Assembly: GCA_963831605.1 (NCBI GenBank) | Contig: CAWHQR010000010.1 | Coordinates: forward strand, 1,073 to 65,072 | DNA: 64,000 bases | Source of the DNA: an uncultured Solirubrobacterales bacterium | GTDB lineage: Bacteria > Actinomycetota > Thermoleophilia > Solirubrobacterales > 70-9 | Direction: 5' to 3' | Part shown: piece after piece, positions 23,380 through 31,550 of the stretch | Numbering within the stretch: the first letter of the stretch is position 1 | Layout of the letters: each line of letters opens with the position of its first letter | Notes under the pieces: generated by a model | What the model was told of the DNA's origin: nothing | What the model saw: the letters and a program-made list of their open reading frames with translations, nothing else | Databases searched by the model: none | Position numbers and translations under genes: made by a program

Positions 23380-23413
23380 GACCGGCGACGCCGACTGGCG
23401 AAGTCACCGATGC
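23380..23413 (+). promoter_or_regulatory. Operator-like motif, copy C (reverse complement of A/B, pointing at CDS 23474)
   Basis: gaccggcgacgccgactggcgaagtcaccgatgc. 60 nt before ATG 23474. Followed by TTCGCG-N17-TAGAGA. Confidence 0.6.
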
Positions 23414-23473
23414 GTTCGCGGGCTCGCGCACCGACCCTAGAGACGCTGCGCACCCAACCCAAGGAGCACACAG

Positions 23474-24106
23474 ATGAGAACCACGAAGACCGATTCACGA
23501 CGACGACGCCTTCGAGTCAGCCCCGCGCTGGTCGTGGCCTCAATCGCCCTGTTCGCGGCGATGAGCGGCTTTGGCTACGCGGCGGTGAATATGAAGGCGA
23601 ACAGCGTCAAGACGCGGAACCTCAGTCATGCGGCGGTGACCACCGACAAGATCGCCGACGGCGCCGTCACCACTCCGAAACTGGCGCCTGACGCCGTCGC
23701 GCCGAGCGCGACGAACGCAGCCAACGCGGCGAACGCCGCCAGGCTCGGTGGGGCCGCTCCGGGCCAGTGTCAGACCGGCTGGCTCAAGGCCTCGATCGTG
23801 GTTGACACCTCGACCGTGTCGGACGCGACGCCGGACGCAACCATTCCCGGAGCGTTCGACTGCGCCAGCAAGGCCGCCGATGCGGTGACGATCCACCGGA
23901 TCGCCACTGGGCGGTACACGCTCACCCTCGCCGGCCTTGACTCGGGTGTCGCGATCTCGTCGAGCGCAAACGTTGGCGGCGGAGCGGCGAACGTCGTCAC
24001 GGCGGCCAGCAAGGTCGACGCTCAGGGCAAGGTGAATCTGAACGTCTGGAACAACAGCGATGCAGCCCTCGTCGACGGCAAGACGGTCTCTCTGATCGTT
24101 TTCTGA
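23474..24106 (+). CDS. N-terminally anchored surface protein with ~11-residue repeats
   Basis: AAGGAG before the ATG. Anchor LVVASIALFAAMSGFGYAAV. Repeats NSVKTRNLSHAAVTTDKIADGAVTTPKLAPDAV. Paralogue of 1..380 and of the N-terminus of 3942..4487. Confidence 0.7.
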   Translation: MRTTKTDSRRRRLRVSPALVVASIALFAAMSGFGYAAVNMKANSVKTRNLSHAAVTTDKIADGAVTTPKLAPDAVAPSATNAANAANAARLGGAAPGQCQTGWLKASIVVDTSTVSDATPDATIPGAFDCASKAADAVTIHRIATGRYTLTLAGLDSGVAISSSANVGGGAANVVTAASKVDAQGKVNLNVWNNSDAALVDGKTVSLIVF

Positions 24107-24126
24107 GTCGGCGGCTCGGAGTTCGA

Positions 24127-24152
24127 GGGCCCCGGCCGAAGAGCCGGGGCCC
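24127..24152. terminator. 10-bp GC hairpin between convergent genes
   Basis: GGGCCCCGGC-cgaaga-GCCGGGGCCC. Confidence 0.5.
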
Positions 24153-24188
24153 GCCACTCCGACGGAGTCATTCCTGGCCGTGAGCGCC

Positions 24189-25644
24189 TCAGTCATCGAG
24201 GCCGGCGGTGACGCCGGCGCCCCATGCGATTCCCTCGTCCGGTCCGCTCGAGCGAGAGTCGAGTTGACGCGCGGCTCTGACCGCTGCGCGTCCGAGTCCG
24301 TTGGCGTAGGTGGGGAACGAGAAGGGAACCAGCGCGAGGTGTTCGACCATCGTGCCGGACGCCATGGCGAGTGCCGCCAGCTGAGCGAGTTCGACCGCAC
24401 GCTCACCCACGATGTGGCAGCCGAGGATCGTGTGGTTCCCGCGGTCGACGACGAGCTTGCAAAACCCCGTGGGGCGACCGTCGATGATCGGGCGCGGCAT
24501 GGAGCCGAAGCCCTCAGCGCCCACGACGACGTCATGGGTCTCGCGAGCGGCCGCCTCGGTGAGTCCGACAGAGGCGTATTCGGGATCGGTGAAGCTGCCC
24601 AGAGGGCTGACCTCCGGGGGGAGTACCTCGGTGCTTCCCACGGTGGCATTGGTCGCTGCGAGGTAGGCCTCGCGTGCGGCCTCGTGCACGACCATGATGT
24701 GCCCGGTGACGTCTCCCGCGGCGTAGATGCCCGGGGCCGTCGTACGCAGCTGGGAGTCCACCTTGATGTAGCCGCGGGGATCGGTCTCAACTCCCGCGAC
24801 CTCAAGGCCGAGGCGTTCGGTGTCGGCGACCCAGCCAACCGCGACCACAGCCACGGTCGCGTCGATTTCTGCCGGTGCATCGCTCCCGGAGCGGACGAGT
24901 CGCACTCCGGAGGACGACGGCTCGAAGCGCTCGATCGTTCCGGCGTGCTCGAGGACGCGCACGCCGGAGGCCTCCAATGCAGTGCTCATCGCTTCGGCGA
25001 CCTCCTCGTCCTCGCTCATGAGGATGCGGGGCGCCGCCTCGAACAGGGTGACCCGCGACCCGAAGGCGTTGAAGATCGAGGCGACCTGGACTCCGGTTGC
25101 ACCGGCGCCGACCACGAGCAGCGAGTCGGGCACCGATTCGAGGCGCCAGGCGTCGCTGTGTGTGGAGGTCAGCTCGAAGCCGGGCACGGGGAGTTGCCGA
25201 GAGACACCTCCGGTGCACACGATGATCTGCGCGGCTCGCAGTCGGGTTCCGTGCTTCACTCTCGATTACATGCGGCGCGACGAAGCGGACCGCTCCGGCA
25301 TTTTCATAGAGGGTCACGCCCGCCTGCTGGAACTCGTCACGGAAGAGCGCGTGCTCGCGCACGACGCCGGTGACCTCGCGAACGCGCGCAAGTAGACGGC
25401 GATAGTCGAGCGTGGGCTCGCCGGCGCTGATCCCGTACTGCTCGAGTTGCCGCGCCTCCCGCATCAGGCGCGCCGCGTGGGCCAAGGTCCGCACAGGCAC
25501 CGGCCCGTCGTTGGCGGCCATTCCCCCGAGTTCGTCGCGCGTGACGAGAGCCGTTCGAGCTCCGAGTCGCGCCGCACGCAGCGCAGCGACGACGCCCGCG
25601 GGTCCAGCGCCGATCACGATCACACCGAAGTCGTCAGCCGGCAC
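24189..25644 (-). pseudogene. Class I pyridine-nucleotide-disulfide oxidoreductase (dihydrolipoamide-dehydrogenase-like), frame-broken and lacking the CxxxxC
   Basis: N-terminal part in ORF 24802..25644 (VIVIGAGPAGVVAALRAARLG...). The rest is in ORF 24189..25259. The frames meet at ~25258-25266 (..APHVIE | VKHGTRLRAAQIIVCTGG..). The expected GGTCxNxGCxP reads GGMAANDGPVP. Confidence 0.7.
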
Positions 25645-25729
25645 CCTCGTAGCGTCGCATTTCCTGGACCCGCTGCCGGTCGAGACACAGCAGATAGCCG
25701 ACTCTCGTCAGAGCCCCAGCCCCAGGAGG

Positions 25730-26218
25730 ATGACCGGACGGCGCTCTACGCTCGCTGCTGTGCTGGAGTTGAGCTTCGGCGACCTCCGGGAGCAGTTCGT
25801 GTTCGGCCTGGTCGACGGCATCAACGGTGCCGCGGGCCTGGTGATCGGGCTGCTCGGGTCGAGCGCCTCTTCGGCCATCATTCTGACGGCGCTGACGGCC
25901 CGGGCCGGGTCGAGCGCGGTGTCGATGGCCGGGGCGCAGTACCAGTCCGACCAGTCCGAGCTCCCGCGCAAGCTCAGGCTCGGGAGGGTCGCCGCGATGG
26001 GCGGCGGCTACTTGACCTCGGCGCTGTTGCCGGGCCTGGGGTTCGCGGTCGGGATCGAGGTCGGGGTGGCGGTGTTCGTCCCCTCGGCGGCTGTGATCCT
26101 GGTCGTGATCGCGTGGGCCCGCCACCGCCGCGCGGGCTGGGCGAAGGCGGTCCTGACGACGCTCGCGATCTTCGCGATGGCGATCGGCGCGGGGCTACTC
26201 GCCTCGGCGGTCGGCTAG
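25730..26218 (+). CDS. VIT1/CCC1-family membrane protein (short form)
   Basis: CAGGAGG before ATG 25730. LREQFVFGLVDGINGAAGLV...SSAVSMAGAQYQSDQSE fits the VIT family pattern. C-terminal TM helices. Confidence 0.65.
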   Translation: MTGRRSTLAAVLELSFGDLREQFVFGLVDGINGAAGLVIGLLGSSASSAIILTALTARAGSSAVSMAGAQYQSDQSELPRKLRLGRVAAMGGGYLTSALLPGLGFAVGIEVGVAVFVPSAAVILVVIAWARHRRAGWAKAVLTTLAIFAMAIGAGLLASAVG

Positions 26219-26295
26219 CTCGTGGCCGTCATCACGATTCCGGCGCTATGGAATTCGGGGCGTAAGACCCGTCCCCGACGGGACGCAGTAGAAGC

Positions 26296-27552
26296 ATGCA
26301 TCCGACGTCCGCGCCCGACGAAGGCAAGCCGATCGTGATCGTCGGCGGCGGCCTCACCGGCGGCAACGCGGCGGCGACACTTCGCGACGAGGGGTTTCAG
26401 GGACGGGTCGTCCTGATCTCCCCCGAGCCGGGAGTTCCCTTCGGCCGTCCTCCGCTCTCCAAGACCTATCTCCGGTCCGAGGAGGATCTCGACGGCTGGT
26501 ACGTGAGACCCGCGGAATGGTGGGAGGAGAACGAAGTCGAGAGGCTGACCGAGCTGGTCGCTTCTGTCGATCCCGCCGCCCACAGAGTCGTCATGGAGTC
26601 GGGCCAGGAGGTCGAATACCAGCAGGCTCTGATCGCCACAGGGGGGCGGAACCGGCGGCTCGACATCCCGGGGATCGACCTGCCCGGAATCCACCAGCTC
26701 CGCAGCGTTGCCGAGTGCGACGCGATCAAGGACGAGATCGGGGCCGACAGGCATGCGGTGGTCGTCGGGATGGGGTTCATCGGCTGCGAGGTCGTGGCGT
26801 CCCTGACGCAGCTCGGGGTGCGCGTGACCTCGCTCTTCCCGGAGACCGTTCCGCTGAAGCGAGTCCTCGGCGATCAGGTCGGCGGCGTGATCGGCGGCTT
26901 CCACCGGGCCGAGGGAGTGGAGCTGATGCCCGGGAGCAAGATCACCGCATTCGAGGGCGAGGACAGGGTCGCAGCGGCCGTGACGGCGGACGGTGACCGC
27001 ATCGAATGCGACTTCGCGGTCGTCGGCGTCGGGATCGAGCCGGTGCTGCCCAGCTTCACGTCGCCCGTTGATCAGGAGAACGGCCTGCTCGTCGACGAGC
27101 GCTGCCGTGCCAGTGCTCCCGATCTCTACGGGGCCGGGGATGTGGCGAACCACCTCCATCCGCTGTTCGGGCGGGTTCGGGTCGAGCACTACAACAACGG
27201 CGAGAAGATGGGACAAGCGGCGGCGAGGTCGATGCTCGGCTCGACCGACGCCTACGACTACGTCCACACCTTCTGGTCCGACCAGTACGACCACAAGCTC
27301 GAGTACGCGGGTCACGCCACGAAGTGGGACGACTTCGTGATCCGGGGAAACCTGGACGAGGGGAAGCTGCTCGGCTTCTACCTCCAGGAAGGGCTGCTGC
27401 GGGCCGCGGTCGGCATCGACCGTGGAGGCGACCCCGAATTGGACACCGACTCGGAAATGGCGGCCGCCGCCCGCCTCGTCGGCATGAGTGCGCGGCCCGA
27501 CCCCGGCCGGCTTGCCGACGAGGGAATCGATCTCTGGTCGCTCACGGACTGA
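26296..27552 (+). CDS. FAD-dependent ferredoxin/rubredoxin-reductase-like oxidoreductase
   Basis: IVIVGGGLTGGNAAATLR, FGRPPLSKTYL, second fold HAVVVGMGFIGCEVVASL, GAGDVA. Confidence 0.9.
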   Translation: MHPTSAPDEGKPIVIVGGGLTGGNAAATLRDEGFQGRVVLISPEPGVPFGRPPLSKTYLRSEEDLDGWYVRPAEWWEENEVERLTELVASVDPAAHRVVMESGQEVEYQQALIATGGRNRRLDIPGIDLPGIHQLRSVAECDAIKDEIGADRHAVVVGMGFIGCEVVASLTQLGVRVTSLFPETVPLKRVLGDQVGGVIGGFHRAEGVELMPGSKITAFEGEDRVAAAVTADGDRIECDFAVVGVGIEPVLPSFTSPVDQENGLLVDERCRASAPDLYGAGDVANHLHPLFGRVRVEHYNNGEKMGQAAARSMLGSTDAYDYVHTFWSDQYDHKLEYAGHATKWDDFVIRGNLDEGKLLGFYLQEGLLRAAVGIDRGGDPELDTDSEMAAAARLVGMSARPDPGRLADEGIDLWSLTD

Positions 27553-27570
27553 CGCGAGGCCGCCGGCGGC

Positions 27571-28296
27571 CTATTCGTTCGAGAACAGGGGGATATTCGC
27601 CCCGCTCGCCGCCACGAGACGAGTGTCCATCAGGGCGACGACCAGCTCGGCGACGTCCCCGGGGGTCAGGCCGGGACGCAGCGCGGGGTTTGCCTGACGC
27701 AGCATCTGGGTGTCGACGGCGCCGGGGCTGACGCAGATCGCGCTGATGCCGTGCTCCTTGCCCTCGGCCGCGATCGCCTCCGTCAGGCCGATGACACCGT
27801 ATTTGGAGACGTTGTACGCGGTCAGCCCGGGGAACTTCTCGGTGGCGTAGACGCCGGAGAGTGAGCCGAAATTGACGATGCGCCCCTCGCCGGAGCGCCG
27901 CATCGCAGCGAACGCCGCGCGGCAGCAGAGAAACGAGCCGGTCAGGTTGACATCGAGGGACTCCGCCCATGCCTCCGGCGTGATCTCGTCGAACGGCGCC
28001 GATCTGAGCACGCCGGCCGCGCAGACGAGGGCGGAGAGGCTGCCCAGTTCCCCCGCCGATGCGAAGAGGCGCTCGACCTGATCGGCATCGCTCACGTCGG
28101 TCGGTTTCGAGGTCGCTTCGCCCCCCTGCTCGCGAATGCGCCCGGCGACGGCGTCAAGGGCGTCGCCGTCACGGGCGGCGAGAACCACGTGAGCACCGGC
28201 GCCCGCGATGGCCTCGGCAGTGGCGGCTCCGATGCCGCGGCTGGCGCCCGTCACCACCGCCAGGCGCCCCTCGAGCCAGTGACGCGAGTCAGCCAC
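27571..28296 (-). CDS. Short-chain dehydrogenase/reductase (SDR)
   Basis: AVVTGASRGIG, NFGS, YNVSK catalytic motif. GTG start 28296 overlaps the upstream stop by 8 nt. Confidence 0.85.
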   Translation of the reverse strand: MADSRHWLEGRLAVVTGASRGIGAATAEAIAGAGAHVVLAARDGDALDAVAGRIREQGGEATSKPTDVSDADQVERLFASAGELGSLSALVCAAGVLRSAPFDEITPEAWAESLDVNLTGSFLCCRAAFAAMRRSGEGRIVNFGSLSGVYATEKFPGLTAYNVSKYGVIGLTEAIAAEGKEHGISAICVSPGAVDTQMLRQANPALRPGLTPGDVAELVVALMDTRLVAASGANIPLFSNE

Positions 28297-29380
28297 GTGC
28301 TGCTGCCCGCGGTGCGGCGCCGACGACTCGCCGGTAGAGCTGTTCGTGAGCGTCAAGGCTTCGCTCGAGATCGAGGTCGCGTTCGGCGTGCGCTCGGCAC
28401 TCCGAGCGCGACAAACCTGTGGCCCTGCCGACCGCGTCGGCCGCCGCCTCGATGTCGCCGGGTGCGACCAGGAAGCCGGTCGACCCGTCCACGACCACCT
28501 CGCCGAGGGCGCCGCGCTTGAAGGCGACGACCGGAGTCCCGCACGCCTGCGCCTCGGCGGCGAGCATGCCGAACGGCTCATCCCACATCGCGGGGCAGAG
28601 AACCACGGCGGCGCGAGCCATCGCCGCCCAGAGTGTCGGGCGCGGCACCGCTCGATGGAGGGTGACGTCTGGGTCCGCCTGGCGAGGGTCGATCCGCTCC
28701 CGCTCGTAGTCGGCGTCGTAGCTGTCGCCATAGAGGTCGATGCGGGCCCCGGCTGCCCGGGCGATCTCGATGGCCTCGGCCGCTCCCTTCTCCGGGCTCA
28801 GCCTGCCGGCGAAGACTGCACCGTCCCCACCCGCGGAGGACCACTCGATCAGCTCGGTGGGCACGTTGGGTGGGAGGATCGCCGCGACCGGGACGATTCG
28901 GCGCCAGGCGCTCGCCTGGAACTCGGATACCCCGGCGACCGTTGGCGGGTTGTCGGAATCGGCCGCTTGACGCAGAGCGCCGGCGACCGCCTCGTCCGGG
29001 GGCAGGTGGACCGTGTGCACCACGGGCGCGGGCAGATCGGCGGCGAGGGTGATCGCCGGGGCGTCGAAGGCGTGGTTGTGGATGACGTCGTATCGGTCCT
29101 CGCGGAGCACCGAGTAGACGGCGGCGAACGAGTCGGCTGCGGCGTCCGCCCCGGCAGCGGCGCCGGAGGCCCGGTAGAGCGTGGCGCTCAACGCCCTGGG
29201 ATCGACGCCGGCATCGATCACCTGAACCCCCGGCACCTCCGATCCGGCGGCGGCATAGAGGTGCACCTCGTGGCCCCTGCCGAGCAATCCACGCGCGAGG
29301 TCGGCGACGAAGGCCTGCGAGCCGCCGCGCTGAGGCTCACGGATCGCCGCGACGAGCGGCGCGACAAGGGCGACCCTCAT
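28289..29380 (-). CDS. GT4-family (group 1) glycosyltransferase
   Basis: MRVALVAPL... C-terminus EPFGMLAAEAQACGTPVVAFKRGALGEVV (EX7E region). ATGA overlap with the upstream gene. Confidence 0.85.
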   Translation of the reverse strand: MRVALVAPLVAAIREPQRGGSQAFVADLARGLLGRGHEVHLYAAAGSEVPGVQVIDAGVDPRALSATLYRASGAAAGADAAADSFAAVYSVLREDRYDVIHNHAFDAPAITLAADLPAPVVHTVHLPPDEAVAGALRQAADSDNPPTVAGVSEFQASAWRRIVPVAAILPPNVPTELIEWSSAGGDGAVFAGRLSPEKGAAEAIEIARAAGARIDLYGDSYDADYERERIDPRQADPDVTLHRAVPRPTLWAAMARAAVVLCPAMWDEPFGMLAAEAQACGTPVVAFKRGALGEVVVDGSTGFLVAPGDIEAAADAVGRATGLSRSECRAHAERDLDLERSLDAHEQLYRRVVGAAPRAAARG

Positions 29381-30165
29381 CGCGTGATGGCCTTGACCGC
29401 GAGGTCGCGCGGCGGGTTGATTCCCAGCAGCTCGTATGGGACCCGGCTTCCGCCGAGGCGACGCACCTTCGCGACCGCGGCCGGATAGAAGATCGAGCAG
29501 AGCTCGACGGCCTCCGCATGGCTCGCGAACTCCACGTACATCTCGCCCTCGAAGCTCACGTACTGGTAACCGTGGGAGGCGAGCCACTCGAGATTGTTCG
29601 GCCAGACGATCATGACGCTGCCGCCCGGCCGGCAGACCCGCTCCATCTCGGCAAGGCCGGCGTCTCCACCGTGGCCAGCGGCCGGGGTGAGAGCGGAGCA
29701 GGTGACGACCAGATCGGCGCAGTCGTCCGCAGCGGGCAACTCGTCGAAGAAGCCCTCGATGACTCTGACGCGATGCCCACCGTCCGCCCGGGAGAGCTTT
29801 CGATCCAGGATCTCGCGCATCGGCGCCGCCGGTTCGACGGCAAGTACCTCGTTCGCGCGGTCGATGAGCTCGATCGTCAGCCGACCCGTGCCGGCCCCGA
29901 CCTCGACGACCCGCTCGACACCCCGCGGCAGCGACCCCAGCACGCCGGGGTGCAGCCGCTCCGCCGTCACGAGCCTGTCCAGGAGCTCGGGTTCGAGCCG
30001 GTAGAGCAGCTCCCAGGCGAGGGAGGTGTCGAGTTGAGGATCACCTCGCTCCTCGGATACGAAGCGCCTCGCCTCATCCGCGCTCAGCACCTGGAGGTCG
30101 GCCGCGGTGTAGCGCTTCGGCAGCTCGCGACCCCGCCGCAGCGGTGTCTCAGGCGTGATCTCCAA
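29377..30165 (-). CDS. Class I SAM-dependent methyltransferase (start uncertain, TTG 30165 proposed)
   Basis: Motif I VVEVGAGTGRLT. The acidic loop LAVEP. The upstream part of ORF 29377..30303 overlaps the queD 3' end and is Arg/Gly junk. Confidence 0.7.
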   Translation of the reverse strand: MEITPETPLRRGRELPKRYTAADLQVLSADEARRFVSEERGDPQLDTSLAWELLYRLEPELLDRLVTAERLHPGVLGSLPRGVERVVEVGAGTGRLTIELIDRANEVLAVEPAAPMREILDRKLSRADGGHRVRVIEGFFDELPAADDCADLVVTCSALTPAAGHGGDAGLAEMERVCRPGGSVMIVWPNNLEWLASHGYQYVSFEGEMYVEFASHAEAVELCSIFYPAAVAKVRRLGGSRVPYELLGINPPRDLAVKAITR

Positions 30166-30622
30166 CCTCGGCCCAGTTCTTGTCCGTCTCCCACAGGCGC
30201 ACCGTCCGCAGCCGCCCCTCCGGCAGCTCAGAGCTGATCCGCTCCCAGAAGGCCAGGGCGAGGTTCTCGGCGGTCGGGATGCGCCCCTCGAGCCAGGGCA
30301 CATCGGTGTTCAGGTTCCGGTGGTCCACGTCTTTGATGACCCGGCGGTGGATTAGGTCCGAGAGCTCCTTCAGGTCCATGACGTAGCCGGTGTCGTCCTG
30401 GACCTCGCCGGCCACGACGATCTCGAGGACGTAGTTGTGGCCGTGCAGGTTCGCGCACTTGCCGAACAGAAGCTCGTTTTCCTCGTCGGACCTATCCGGG
30501 TCGCTCAGCTGGTGAGCGGCGTTGAACGTCTCTCGGCGGCTGACCAGCACGGTCGTCGAGCCAGCCTTCGACCCTCCGTCTGCGATCGCCGTATCTGTGT
30601 CTGTCAGATCCTCATACGGCAC
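30149..30622 (-). CDS. queD: QueD/PTPS family 6-carboxy-tetrahydropterin synthase-like enzyme
   Basis: FNAAHQL, CANLHGHNY (Cx3HGH), DHRNLN, ENLA. GTG 30622 with GAGGAGAAGG 4 nt upstream. Confidence 0.8.
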   Translation of the reverse strand: MPYEDLTDTDTAIADGGSKAGSTTVLVSRRETFNAAHQLSDPDRSDEENELLFGKCANLHGHNYVLEIVVAGEVQDDTGYVMDLKELSDLIHRRVIKDVDHRNLNTDVPWLEGRIPTAENLALAFWERISSELPEGRLRTVRLWETDKNWAEVGDHA

Positions 30623-30677
30623 AAGCCTTCTCCTCGCCCAGTGGCTCTGGACGATCGTACTTGCTCCTCCCGGCGGG

Positions 30678-31460
30678 CTAAGTCGAGGGGGGCTTGTTGG
30701 GCGCGCGGTACTCGGGGTTGGGATGGTCGGGCATCGAGAGATCCCAGTCGAAGGTGGAATTGCCGTGGGCCGGGACGCCGCCGGCATCCTTGAGCATCCG
30801 CGCGAAGTGGAGGATGTTCCAGGCCATGAACGTCGCGTTGCGGGTGGTCCAGGCGTTCTCGGGTCCGCCGCTCCCCGGATCGGCGTAGGAATCACCGGGG
30901 CCGGCCTCGCCGTTCCAGTACGAGTCCGTCTGGGGAGGGATCGTGACGCCGATGTGCTGAAGCGCGTAGAGGACCTGGGCGCTGACGTGCTTGCCCCCGT
31001 CCTCGTTGCCGGTCGTCACCGCGCCCCCGACCTTCCCGTAGTAGGACCACTGGCCGGCGTCGTTCACCTCTCCGGAGTAGGCGTAGAGCCGCTCGATGAT
31101 CCGCCGCGTCGGCGAGGCCTGGTCGCCGAGCCAGATCGGCCCCGCGATCATCAGGATGTCGGCCGGCTCGACCAGCTCGCGATAGATCTTCGGGAAGTCG
31201 TCGTGCTCGTAGCCGTGCTCGGTCATGTCGGGCCACACGCCGGGCGGAATCACATGGTCGACCGTGCGGATCAGGTCGAATTTGACGCCCACGCGCTCCA
31301 TGATTCCTCGAGGTATCGCCAGCAGGGCCTCGGTCTGGCTCGGCTCGGGTGAGCGCTTCAGGGTGCCGTTGAAGACCACGGCCCGCAGATCGTCGTATTT
31401 CGTGGGGGCCTCGTCGGCGTGCCTGTCGATGAAGCTCTGGATGTTCTTGGGTATGTGCAT
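30678..31460 (-). CDS. Flavodoxin-like fold NAD(P)H-dependent FMN reductase family protein
   Basis: VVFNGTLKRSPEPSQT...ADILMIAGPIWLGDQASPTRRIIERL. 260 aa. Confidence 0.7.
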   Translation of the reverse strand: MHIPKNIQSFIDRHADEAPTKYDDLRAVVFNGTLKRSPEPSQTEALLAIPRGIMERVGVKFDLIRTVDHVIPPGVWPDMTEHGYEHDDFPKIYRELVEPADILMIAGPIWLGDQASPTRRIIERLYAYSGEVNDAGQWSYYGKVGGAVTTGNEDGGKHVSAQVLYALQHIGVTIPPQTDSYWNGEAGPGDSYADPGSGGPENAWTTRNATFMAWNILHFARMLKDAGGVPAHGNSTFDWDLSMPDHPNPEYRAPNKPPST

Positions 31461-31550
31461 GCCGCGCAGTCTGGAGATCGCAGCGGGCGTTACAACCCCG
31501 CCGTCGCAATCTGGTCATCCACTTACGTGGGCGGGATAGGGTGACCCCTG

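Noticed and set aside
26215-27315. 366-aa ORF antisense to the FAD oxidoreductase. Similar long antisense ORFs occur at 35361-36674, 38576-40045, 46349-47056, 47122-48282, 50767-52230, 56559-58676 and 59746-60381.
   Set aside because: Same reasoning: junk composition, no RBS, and the opposite strand carries clear homologues.
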